A stretch of DNA of 64,000 nt from Podarcis filfolensis. Lineage: Eukaryota. Positions within the stretch are counted from its first letter, which is position 1. The number at the start of each line of letters is the position of its first letter. The stretch lies in assembly GCA_964270895.1 (NCBI GenBank), contig OZ185452.1; one strand, 5' to 3'. The notes under the pieces were generated by a model. It ran no database searches. It was not told the DNA's origin and saw nothing but the letters and a program-made list of their open reading frames with translations. The position numbers and the translations under genes are program-made. Positions 22,314 to 33,487 of the stretch are shown here, piece after piece.

Positions 22314-22650
22314 TCACAGGTCCTATCTGCACGACACTTTTAAAGCAGCATCATACCGCTTTAGAACAGTCAAGGAATCCTGGGAACTTCAATATGTTAA
22401 GGGTGCCAAGAGTTGCTGGGAGACCCCATTCCCTTCACAGAGCTACAACTCCCAGGGGTTTCTGGGAAGAGGGATAGACTGCTAAACCACTCTGGGAACT
22501 GTAGCTCTCGGGTGGGGGAATAGGGGTCTCTAAACACCCTTCAGCACCATTAACAGACTGCAGTCCCCAGGATTCTCTGCAGGAAGCCGTGACTGTTTAA
22601 AGTAGTATCGTAGTGCTTTAAAAGTATGGTGCGGATATGGTGCACGTGAC
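22314..22650. mobile_element. Whole-length palindromic non-autonomous element
   Basis: The left arm is the approximate reverse complement of the right arm over ~150 bp. Half copies at ~34060-34200 and 63424-63540. Confidence 0.7.
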
Positions 22651-22805
22651 TCTTCAAGATGTCATGGGGGACTCTTTGTGACCATAAAGAGGATGCCCTC
22701 TGGTGGCTTTAAAAACTGATGATGAACAGGGAGGAGGAGGTAGCTTCTTGCTGTCCAGCCACTCTGCCCCCGCCCAGACCACCCCCCATAAACCACCTCA
22801 CTGAC

Positions 22806-22962
22806 CTTCTTTCACAATGCCTGCTTTGGCAGCGGGTGAGTCCTGTTGAACCTGTTTCACGAAAACGCCTTCCTTCGTCTGGTCGATGGTAAGTCCGCGA
22901 GAGCCAATGCCTTCCCAGTCGGGGAGCAGAATCTCCCGGGTCTCTTCTTCCTCCTTCTCCAT
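22806..22962 (-). CDS. AHNAK: AHNAK first coding exon, PDZ domain N-terminal half (157 nt); not in ORF track
   Basis: Reverse complement reads MEKEEEETREILLPDWEGIGSRGLTIDQTKEGVFVKQVQQDSPAAKAGIVKE+G, matching the AHNAK N-terminus (MEKEETTRELLLPNW...). Acceptor ccttaag|ATG, donor AAG|gtcagt. Confidence 0.95.
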
Positions 22963-23154
22963 CTTAAGGAAGGAAGGAAGGAAGTATGTAAATAGGAGGC
23001 CATGGGGAACTCAAGAGGCTGCACTTAAAGAGGAGAACTCCTGCTCAAATTCTGCACCTCAAAAGTATGCTACAGGCTTAGTTTCAGAAAATACATTTTG
23101 CTCTATTATATTTTCATCCCAATCTTGCTCCAACAATCTCAGGGCAGTTATATA

Positions 23155-23320
23155 AGGACATAAGATGATCCTGCAGGATCAGGCCAAAGGTGGTCCATCA
23201 AGCCCACAATCCTGTTCTCACAGTGGCCAACCAGAGGCTTGTGGGAAACCTGTTAGCAGGATTTGAGCACAAGAGTCCTCTCCCCTCCTGTGGTTTCCAG
23301 CAACTGGTATTCAGAAGCAC
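23155..23320 (-). mobile_element. CR1 3' UTR fragment (AHNAK intron 2)
   Basis: cctgttctcacagtggccaaccag motif shared with the 47918 and 57640 copies. Confidence 0.7.
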
Positions 23321-23557
23321 TGGTGCCACCAAATGTTTAGTTGAGATGCCATTATCCACACAATAGCCTGGTGAGGTTGGTTACGTCAATGGCCGTTTGC
23401 CCCAAGGTGACCCAGCAAGTTGCTGGGCTGCATTGCTGTGTTCCAAATCCAGTGCTCTACCCTGTGCTGCACATAGCTCCTCTCCAGGACTAGGAGATCT
23501 GGATAAATACGGCACAGTAGTACCACTGCTTTACTAATAAAGAATAGACTGAATCAC

Positions 23558-23651
23558 CTTTCTAGGACTTTGGTCCAGGCCGGAACCGCCCCAGGAATTC
23601 CCTTCTCGTCACTTGCCAATCCTTTGGTAATGTTTCTTCCAACTTCCCAAC
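23558..23651 (-). other. AHNAK: Probable AHNAK non-coding 5' UTR exon (94 nt)
   Basis: Strong acceptor tttgttttgttgtctcttctag|G and donor AAG|gtgatt, with no ATG inside. Splicing to the next exon gives aagATGG (good Kozak context). It lies ~600 nt upstream of the ATG exon, like the mammalian gene layout. Confidence 0.72.
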
Positions 23652-23811
23652 CTAGAAGAGACAACAAAACAAAGCCTTGTTGGTGAAAGAGAACTTGCCA
23701 TGTCTAGGCGTCAAGCGCAGGGGATGGGGAATCTGAATTCTGTTGGGAGAAGAACTGGGGTCCCTGAAAATATAAGCTATCCCCCCCCCACCTTTAAGGA
23801 AGTCCCCATTT

Positions 23812-23932
23812 CAGGGATGGGGAACCTGTGACCCTCCTAGACATTATGAGACCACAGTTCCCAGCATCCCTAGTGGCTGGTGCAAACTGGAGTCACGAGG
23901 CATCTGCAAAGCCACAGGTTCCCTCACCCCTG
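23812..23932. mobile_element. Short hAT-like MITE (CAGGGATGGGGAACC ends)
   Basis: TIRs cagggatggggaacctgtg / cacaggttccctcacccctg. Related copies at 39649-39773, 43798-43941, 45374-45500 and remnants near 26-150, 21345-21425 and 27470-27570. Confidence 0.7.
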
Positions 23933-24938
23933 CTCTGTTTGCAAAAGCAGGTTCCAAAGAATGTCAGCAATGCCTTTCGAAGTTTACAGGATGGTGAAAG
24001 TAGGTTTGCTGAGAGGAAGAATCAGAACTATTTTCAAAAGCTAACGAGGAATGCTGCTTTCGCGTTCCACTTGGCAAAACTGTTCTCTGTGGCGTACATA
24101 TTTCTACACCAACTGCCGCCCATCACAAAAAGATGTCCCTTTAATTGCCAAATAAAACATACTAGGAAGGGTATACGGAGAGTATTCGGCGCAGCTGATG
24201 TTTATACCCACTTAAGAACTGCCTTGCTCAATCTGGCTGGTTTGGTAATCTGTGTCCAGAAAGTGGCCATCTGGGTGCCTGTGGGGAAGGTGTCTAGGAG
24301 TCTCCGCCACCTGGCATTCAGAACTCCTGCCTCTAAACATGGAGGGTCCATTTATGTATCACTCCCTCTGTCTGTGATGTTCAGGCTTATGTAGGCAAAA
24401 TAACATCACCCCAGCAGGCTCGGGGGAAACCTGCAGAATTCTTTAGGGATGGAAACCCCCAAGCAGGGCGAAACCTCAAAACCAGCTCAATAAGAGCATG
24501 CATAAAATTATCAAGGCGGCTTACAACAGAATATGTGAGTATGCTAAAACATAAAGTGCTATAAAAGCAATACAAATGATTATATAATCAGTGGAGGGGG
24601 GATATTTTTAGGTAGTCCCTCTGCACCATTCAATTTTATCTCTCTATTTTCCCACAAACACTCAAGTCATTTTTTCCCCTGAACTAAAAGCCTACCCCCT
24701 TGATCCATTTACTGTCCTTTACTCATTCCTTTCCAAAATTATAACCAGAACCAAGACATTTCATTGTCTCAAGTAGCTTACAAATGGTGTCACACACCCA
24801 CCCACCCACCGTTTTAGAAGTCTTGCTGCAATCCTTAGACACTAATTCCTGCTTTTCATCTATTTCCCTGCCTCCCTTTGTGTTGCCGCCTGAGGCACCT
24901 TGATTTACCCTGGAGCATGGCAGGGCTGGTGCTGACTA

Positions 24939-25170
24939 TAAGAAGAACGTAAGAAGAGCCAATGGCCTGTCTTAATCCAGCATCCTGCCTCTCGCAGGGG
25001 CCACCCACCCCGCAAGCAGGACCCGAGCGCAAGAGCACTCTCTCTTCCTGCAGTTTCCAGCAGGTGGCATTCAGAAGCACTGGTGGAAGCAGAGCACAGT
25101 CGCCATGCTCTGAGATGGGGCACAAGAACACTGACCTGTTTCAGAGCCAGCAATACCACATCGCTTAAGC
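24939..25170 (-). mobile_element. CR1 3' UTR fragment
   Basis: aagaacgtaagaagagcc ... ccagcatcctg ... ttcagaagca, shared with other copies. Confidence 0.7.
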
Positions 25171-28100
25171 ACGTGTAAAAGGCTGTATTGGAAAGGGAAG
25201 AGAGACAACTGCTCCCTTCCCTTCCTCTTCTCCTCGGGCAGCTCCTCTTCCTTGTGAGCCTGTGCACACTTCTGCCCCGGCTGAGCATGCTACATGCCAG
25301 CCACAGCCCCTCCCACAGCCTGAGCATGCAAGGCATGGTACATATGCCGGCAGGAATGCGAAGCCTGTGTTCTCCCTACCCCTGGACTCTAAAAGGGGGA
25401 ACCTTCCAGGGCACAAGCGGCAGTGCAACGCAAGGAAGCAGTGAGAAACATTGAAACCTGTAGAAGCCAAGGAATTAATAGGCAGGCAGGTGTAGCTCAG
25501 CAGTAGAGAACATGGCTTGCCTGCAGAAGGTCCCGGGTTCAATCCTTCAGATGGCAGATGGTGGAAACATTCTCCTCTGCCTGAGAGGGCAGTAAATCTA
25601 AGTGGGGCTTCCACATTCAGGAACAGTCTAGCTCTGAGTGCCAGAAGCTCCCAGATCAGATGAAGGGTTTGTTGAGGTTTTTTTGTAGCTCATATTTCTG
25701 CACGCTGTCAAAATCCTAAAACGTATTTTGTTTTTATCCTTCATTTGTTGCAATTTGCTTACTCTAGTACAATCTCTTTTCTTAATGGTTCATTAATATA
25801 TGCTGCTGCCCTATAGAACGAGCCTGTAGGGTTTCAGGCAGGGAAAGGTCTTGCCCATCACCAGCTACCTGAAATCCTTTTGGTGGGGGTGCTGACACTG
25901 GGGCCTTCTGCATGCTGAGCTCTCATGCTGCAAACTCTCCCTTGAAGCATAGGAGGCTGCCTTATTCCAAGTCTGTCTCTTTGTCCATCTGGCCCAGCTC
26001 TGACTGGCAGCCACTCTGAAAGAGAGATCTCAGGCAGAGACGAGTCCTTCGCACCACCAGGGATTTGAACCTGGGACTTTGTCCATGAAAAGCATGAGCT
26101 ACAGTCCCTCCTTGCGCAGGTAGACTTCCGCTTGGTGGACTTGGGCCTTCATTTAAAAGGTGCAATACCATTTATCAGCAGAGTGGAAAGGACTTGTTAT
26201 GAAGGAGAAGGAGAAGAAAGGACAGAGCACAACTGGACATGTTGCATAAGTGTTTTTAAAGGGTGCAGCCAGGGGGCGGCCATGCCTTCACGATCGATGC
26301 TTTGCAATGCTCTGGCTCCCATACCCAATCCCAGCTCAAACGCCCCACCTTCCACGCAGAGACCGTGCCAACTTTCTGCGAAGCAACAAGAGGGGAAAGT
26401 TTTCCACTTCCAAACAGCTACAGACATGCATGCTCAGGTCATGCAAGAAACCTGATCAGCCCAGACAGGAGGAGGGGAGGCTGCAGAAGAGGCTCCCACT
26501 GACATCAGCTCCTGGCCCCAACTGGAGAGTCTTCACAAGCCAGCATTTGAACCGGGAACAGGATACCAGCACTCACCCACCCCTCACAAGATGGCAAACG
26601 ACATATCCAGGCTTGTTTCCTTAATCTCTGTGGTCTTGTGGACTCCACCAGCCCCCAGTTACAGAGAGGAAAACAACTTCTCAGAACAACCATCACTGGC
26701 CAAATGTGCCCACACACAGGCTGAAGAAAGCTACTGGAATAAGTTGGTGTATTGGGAGACCAGGGTTCAAATCCCCACCCCCCCAGCCATGAAGATCACA
26801 GGGTTGTTATGGAGCTAAATTGGGGAGGGACAGAAACATCTATGCCCCCATGAGCTCCTTGCAGGAAAAGCTAGGATATGAATGCAATCAGTCAATAACT
26901 AAAAGAGGGAATCTGTTTGCAATGTCTGGAAATGTCTCTGAAGCCAGAAGGTTAGAAGAACTCAACAGACTCCCAGTAGACACTGTCTATGCTCTGCCCT
27001 TAATGTCCCCCCCGCCACCAGCCTATGTTTGGTCTTTATTGTACACCATCCCTTCCTCCCACAAAACATAGGGAATTCTGTAAAAGCACAGACACTGCAA
27101 TCAAGTTGTGGAAATGGGCTGTCCGTGGTTGGTCAAACACCAAGCTTGCTTGGTTTCCTAAGTACACACGGCTCTTTCCTCTTTACCTTTTATGGGTTGG
27201 GTTCCTCCATAAGGCAAAGTAAAAAAAAAATTAAAATCCATATCCCATTACAAGATTATTTTTTTTAAAGCAATCAACCGGGGGCAGGGTATCAAATTAT
27301 GGACAATAAGTCACGGTAACATGCATCACAATTTAGGCCATCCCAGAATCAATGCTATTTCATAGCCGTTTAGGTCTTCTTTGCCATGCTTTTGCAACAC
27401 CACTGATAGATAAGATAGGATGTCTTTATGTATTTATCCATTCGATGCAGTGATGATCTCCAGCAGTTGGAATGTTGCCCTCCATATTTTTGGGACTGCA
27501 GCTCCTCATAGTCCCAGCCAGCATGGCCCAAAAAATCTGAAGGGCATCAGGTTGTTGAAGGCTGATCTTCAGCGAGTGCAACGTCTGAAGTCAGGCAAGA
27601 TGGAGGAGGAAACGCCGCAGGATTCCAGACTACAGAAGCCAGCCAGAGGTGGGGCGGAGCTGCTACTTAAGATATTTCACCTCCATCTCTAAAGGCATTA
27701 GGGGATGGTCATGTCTTCAGGAATGCACTTCGCTGGTGCGCCTTTCAGATCCGGAAATTCCCAAATAATTACGATGACCCCAGAAGTGCTGTTTTTCTAG
27801 AAAACGTTCCAGCTGCAGACCAAGGAAAGCAGACTTGCCAAAAATCCCCACCCCACATGTCAGGGATGGAAATATCATCCCACAAACACACTTCTCCCTT
27901 TGGATTTTCAAGCCCTAAACAGTTTTGGGAGCAGGTTATCCAAAGGACAGCCTGCACACGTGATATGACCCTGCCCAAAGTCTAAGACCGTCTTTGGAGG
28001 CCCCAAAGATAAGAGAGGTCAGGCTGACTGGGCCCCGTCAGTGACAGCCTCATATTTCTGGAATACGCTTCCTCATGAGGTTCATAGCGCACCTTCACTG

Positions 28101-28276
28101 GAGAGTTTTAAAAGAGCTCTTGAGACAGATTTCCCTCTGCTTTTTTATTAACTGCTGTGTTTTAACCATGTTTTGCTGCTTGTTTTTAAAAGGACATGAG
28201 GCAGATTTTAAACTGTTGGCTGTATATGTTTCTAAGACTGCCTGTGCACTTTCCCTGAAACGCAGGGCAGAGATTA

Positions 28277-28534
28277 CCATATTTTTCGCTCTATAAGACG
28301 CACAGACCACAAGACGCACCTAGTTTTTGGAGGAGGAAAACAAGAAAAAAAATATTCTGAATCTCAGAAGCCAGAACAGCAAGAGGGATCGCTGCACAGT
28401 GAAAGTAGCAATCCCTCTTGCTGTTCTGGCTTCTGGGATAGCTGCGCAGCCTGCATTCGCTCCATAAGACGCACACACATTTCCCCTTACTTTTTAGGAG
28501 GGGAAAAGTGAGTCTTATAGAGCAAAAAATACGG
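28277..28534. mobile_element. Second Tc1/mariner-type MITE (CCGTATTTT TIR)
   Basis: 23-bp TIRs cc(a/g)tattttt(c/t)gctctataagac, TA TSD, internal 24-bp perfect inverted repeat. Confidence 0.85.
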
Positions 28535-29283
28535 TATATAACAAATGCTTTCCCCCAGTGTCAGGATCCGTAATCTTGCAATTTAACCCTGTCCACAATG
28601 AAGTGAGCACACTTCTAGAAGCGCTCACCTGCTCAAATTAATGCATGTTTGCATGCACTCTTGCCACAGTGTAAATCCTTTCAATTTCAGTGAGGTCGTC
28701 TTCTCAGTAAACCAGTAAGTGGGCTGTTAGCCTCGGTTCCTCAGCTACATCTGGGCATCTGATTCTCTGTATCAACAGTGGTTCCACAACATCTTGTTCC
28801 TTCTTTTATTTATATCTGCGTTCGTTAACTTATGAAATGAGTTCTCTGGGTGCCATCTTAGACCTCGACAATTTTTAGGTGGGATTATTTAAAACAAACC
28901 CACCTAACAGATAGGTGAAGTGCCGATGCTTTTATCAAAGATTCCAGACTCTTTTGGAGGAGTTTCAAGTGCTGTTTACTCTTAGCTTGGGGGACGGGGG
29001 GATGGACGGACTGTTGAAGCTTTGTTCAGGTGTTTTGGCTGCTCTGGTCACAATAATCACAATAATATAGAGGGAAAATACCATGCTTCCAGCATGCTTC
29101 CCTCACAGGGGAAACAGCTGCTGTAGCAGCTGTCCTTGGGGCTTCCTAGGGTGAGGAGCCAGATGCACACTAAACGGTACCTTCTTTGCAAAAGCAAGGA
29201 CCTAAAAATCCCAGGGAGAGAACACACTGGTTGTTCAGCTTTCCCATCACCTGCAATGAATTCTCGCCTCTCAGAACCAGCTA

Positions 29284-29287
<4 letters not shown>

Positions 29288-29327
<40 letters not shown>
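29288..29327. repeat. (CA)n microsatellite
   Basis: Direct reading. Confidence 0.95.
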
Positions 29328-29330
<3 letters not shown>

Positions 29331-30847
29331 CTCACCCAGCAAACCACAAAAGGTAATGTTGGCAGTCGAGAAAGCGTTTGTATTCCCCTACTGCCAGTTC
29401 CTTGTGGTTCCCGCTTGCAAACACAATTAATTTAAGAGGCTTGTTTAGACAAGAAAAGCTCACTGGTTTTAATAGAAAGCGTTTCCTTTTTGAAATGTAT
29501 CTCTTGCTCACTCGCCTCTCTCGCTTCTCTTGAAAAGCCTCCCTTCCCAGATTTAACCAGATTCATCATTTCCAGCTAATTCCCACCCTGGAAAATAGCA
29601 GCTGGCTAATCCCCAAGATGACCCCAGGGCAAAGGTTGCAGAAATATTTTGCAATCAACCATTCCTGCATTTCTGTGACTCAGCTAAGGCTATCTGTGTT
29701 CACCTTTTGTGGCAGTGACGCCACTGGGCTACTGAGATGGCACAGAATGTTCACTGACATTCCAACTGCTTAGAGAACATAGGTGTTGGAATGCCTGCAA
29801 TTCTGCTTTTGTGGGGGGTAGGGGAACTGGCAATCTGGCTGGGAGCAAAGGATCACATTAGCCCTGGGGGCAGAGATAGCTTTGTGAGGTAGGCAGTCAG
29901 GAATATGTTCCCTAAAGAAAGGTTAGTGAACCCATGTAGAATCCAGGGGTGGTTGAGTTTTTTGAAATTGAGCCGGCTAGCAAATTATTTGGTTGAAAAT
30001 TCCCAATTTATTTAAAATATATTGAAATTTACATTTCATAAAAAGGGAACTGCTAGGTCTGGCCTCCTGCTGCCAGCAGTGGTTGGCTAGATACCTCTGC
30101 TGGATTGGGTATGAAGGCAACAGAGCTCTCTATTTATAGGTCTCCCAACATCTAGTATTCAGAAGCAGACTTCCTCTGAATAGTGAAGTGCCATTTAAAT
30201 CTCATGGTTTGTAACTAGCATCTCCTCCATGAATCACAACCTCTCTGCAGCAGACACTGCTTCTATCTGCATGCTTTCAAACATATCTCCACAATCATGA
30301 GGTCTAGAAACTTCCTTTGCAATGAAAACATATTCTCAGGGAATTTACTCCATGCATGCCAGGCAATGCATGATGCACAACCAAAAGGACCACCTACAGG
30401 GAAGTTTGCAAAGTGACACGTGGCATCAGTAAGCATTTAGATATTTCTGGCAAAACTAGGGTGTTTTTTACTATTATTTTTAATTATATTGTTGCGAATT
30501 AGGAAGGGTAAATGGAAAAAAGGAAGCCTTTCACCTTTGGGTGCAGGAAAATCTTTTTAAGCACATTTAACTGGAAGGGGGGAAGCAAACTTCCTTTTCT
30601 GGGAGGGGCAGAACTTGAAACAGTGCAACTTCCCTATTATGGAGTAAATTTATCTCAACTTTTATTATGCATGTGCAACCCCGCTGGGACGCTGGAATTT
30701 GCTTAACACTCGTTTAGTACCAGCGAGCTTGGGATCCTGTTTCCCTGTGTGGGAATCTCAGCTCTCCCTACATTCCTAAAAAGCCTCTGTCCCAGACTCT
30801 TTCTGCTTCCTTCTTAAAAAAAATAAAAGTGTGTGTATGCATCTAAG

Positions 30848-31022
30848 ATTTATTGCGGCACAAACTTTCATGGGCAAGAAGCTGCAATAAACGGAGCCCA
30901 GCTTTTTCCAATATGAAGTGCAAAGCTCTATGGCTCTGATGATTGTGGCTTTAATCTACAGAGGCTTCTGTCGCAATAAAATCTGCTGGACTTTAAAGGT
31001 GTGGCAGGACTCTTTGTTGCTT
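30848..31022. mobile_element. Penelope-like element remnant with inverted terminal-repeat piece and decayed hammerhead
   Basis: CTGATGA..17 nt..GAGGCTT..GCAATAAA..CTTTAAAGGTG resembles the reptile Penelope repeat. An inverted partial copy lies at 30848-30885. Confidence 0.55.
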
Positions 31023-31129
31023 TTCAGTAAAGAGAGAGAAAGAGAATGAAGAAGACGCCAGAGGGAGGGGAAGAGGAAACAACAGTAATGAGAGATGGAT
31101 GTGGAGCAGAGGAGCAGCAAGCTGTCTTT

Positions 31130-31290
31130 TTTGACTGAATCAGCCCATTGGACTATCTATGCTCAGTACGCCAACTGGAAGCAATGGCTCTCCAGAGTTT
31201 CAGGCAAAAGTCTCTCCAAGCCCTATCTGGAGACGCCGGGGATTGAACCTGGGTCCTTTTGCATGCAAGGCAGATATGAGCTCTATCCCC
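31130..31290 (-). mobile_element. tRNA-Ala-derived SINE remnant
   Basis: Reverse complement TTGCATGCAAAAGGACCCAGGTTCAATCCCCGGCGTCTCCA. Related pieces at 25487-25560 (+) and 25960-26105 (-). Confidence 0.6.
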
Positions 31291-32149
31291 TTCCCAAACG
31301 CGGGCAGATGCTGCAACCTTCTGCTCTGCTACTCAGCGGCGGGGCCTCCAAAAACACAAGCTATAATTTAGCTTCCTCTGCTATTTTGCACTGCCTTCTA
31401 CGGCACAGACACCAGAAATCCCCTGGTAAGGGCACCCTCTGGCACAGACCTTCTGACAACTTTCCCTGCCCCATCCTCACATTACAGCTGCCAATATCTT
31501 TTCCCATTAGTCCTTTACAGCATCAGACACAGCATCCTTCTCAGGGGCAGGAAACAACTCAGTGGAGAGGATCTGCTTTGGATGCAGAAGGAGCACATTT
31601 CCAGACCCAGAAACCCTGGAGACCTGCAGCCACCAGGGAAGAAAATGCTGAGCTGGAGAGCCTGACAGCTTTCTATGCTCCTAGCGAATGCAGGCAAGCA
31701 GGTATGTCTGCTTTTCCACAGGCAAGGCTTTTGCAGCACAGCTGAGAAAGTGGTTTCGCCCCGCCACTTTTCACCCAGTGGCACACATCGTCCTGCAACT
31801 GACCCACAACCCTGTTTGTTTGGGGGGGGGCATAGACGCAGGACCCCCTGAGCCTAGATTGTTCAGTTACTGATCTGTTGGGGAAAGCGGAGACAAAAGG
31901 ACCACACCCAGCTTTGTTCCTCTGGACATAAGCCTGCAGGCTGGGTGTGATTGCCTCACAGAGATGACTCACAGCACACTCATGCACACAAACAGGCTGG
32001 ATCAGAGCAAAGGGAGAGGCTTCGGCAACCTTTGTGGAGTCTTGCAGCCAAGCCAGCCCAGACATTTTAGCGACGCGCAGGCCTGGAGTTAAGAGAACCA
32101 ACGACTGAAAATGGAACTTGTTTTTTAAAGCTTCTACATGCATATTCCA

Positions 32150-32498
32150 GGGATGCAGGTGGCGCTATGGATTAACCACAGATCCTAGGATTTGCCGATA
32201 AGAAGGTCGGCGGTTCGAATCCCCGCGACGGGGTGAGCTCCCGTTGCTCGGTCCCTGCTCCTCCCAACCTAGTAGTTCGAAAGCACGTCAAAGTGCAAGT
32301 AGATGAATAGGTACTGCTCCGGTGGGAAGGTAAACGGTGTTTCCATGCACTGCTCTGGTTCGCCAGAAGCGGCTAAGTCATGCTGGCCACATGACCCGGA
32401 AGTTGTACGCCAGCTCCCTCGGCCAATAAAGCGAGATGAGCACCGCAACCCCAGAGTCGGTCACGACTGGACCTAATGGTCAGGGGTCCCCTTTACCT
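32150..32498 (+). mobile_element. Sauria SINE, full length
   Basis: tRNA-like head GGGATGCAGGTGGCGCT...GGTTCGAATCC and tail GGGGTCCCCTTTACCTT. TSD tacatgcatattcca (32135-32149) / tacatgcatatcca (32499-32512). Confidence 0.92.
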
Positions 32499-33455
32499 TA
32501 CATGCATATCCACTTTGTGAAGTGCAAGGAGTACCAAGCCCTCTGCATTATCCTCACAAAAATCTGCACCAAGTTAGCTTTCTGGCTGAATGAAGATTCA
32601 GATCTGGGTCTCTCCAAGTCCTGGTCCAGCATTCTGAACCACTACAACTCGCTGCCTTTTGACCCAGTAAAAGAAGCCCTTTCTGGATTTCCGATAGCAC
32701 AACTTGCACCCCCAAAAAGACCTGTTTAGGAAGGCTTCACAAGGATTAGCCTCACAGCGAGAGGAGCCCCTCGAACCTCGTTGCTGCATAAGTCACTGTT
32801 TCTGGGTGTCCCTCCTGACTGGACTCGTCCAGAGATGCAACAGGGCACCCTCCTTTAAGAGGGTGTAGGAGCAAAATTACCTGCCTCCTGGGTGGCAACA
32901 GATCTTTGGGCCAACAAAAGTTACTGTGTTTCCAGTTTTATATCAGTTAAAAATCTAAAGAGCAGAAACTCAAGTTTTGCCTCCCACCTGCCAAATGCAC
33001 GGCCCATGGTCAACAAACCACACCTTGCAAAGCCAAGTGATATAACCCTCAGCCATGTCAGTCGGTAAGTGACTAATGAACAGGAGTCTGTTGCAGTTTT
33101 AACTCTCCCACACAGGGCTGTGGGCGTCTTGCTGCCAATATATTTTCTCTCACACATAGAATTCTTTTCTTTTAATTTTTTTTTAATCTGTATTTTCCTG
33201 CAAAGCATACATAGAAAATTTTAAAACAAGCAGCAATCATTGAATTACATTAAGGAAAACAAGGGCTGCCAACAAACTTTGGTATCACATGGGAAACGAG
33301 ACAGTTCAGTATCAACCTACAGTCACAATAAATAAATAATAGTGTATTTCACATATCTGGTATTGTTTTTGGTCTCATAGTTTATGTTCTTCAAACAAGT
33401 GACCAGAGACCCAGCTATACAGCTGCAAATAAAACATTTTAAGTGTGTTGTAAAG

Positions 33456-33487
33456 TGCAATATGCACATGCGACACTAGATGGCGAC
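33456..33487 (+). promoter_or_regulatory. CTCF-binding site candidate, core plus upstream motif
   Basis: TGCAATATG-cacat-GCGACACTAGATGGCGAC. The core CACTAGATGGCG matches the CTCF consensus, and the TGCA.T upstream module is at the expected spacing. Confidence 0.6.

Noticed and set aside
25487-25560. tRNA-like sequences here and at 31220-31290, 32150-32225 and 62490-62556
   Set aside because: They have A/B boxes but broken cloverleaf stems and continue into SINE bodies, so they are SINE heads, not tRNA genes.
29440-29600. Possible extra exon ending in CCA|gtgagc or CGA|gtgagc on the minus strand
   Set aside because: Good donors but no convincing acceptor or promoter evidence.
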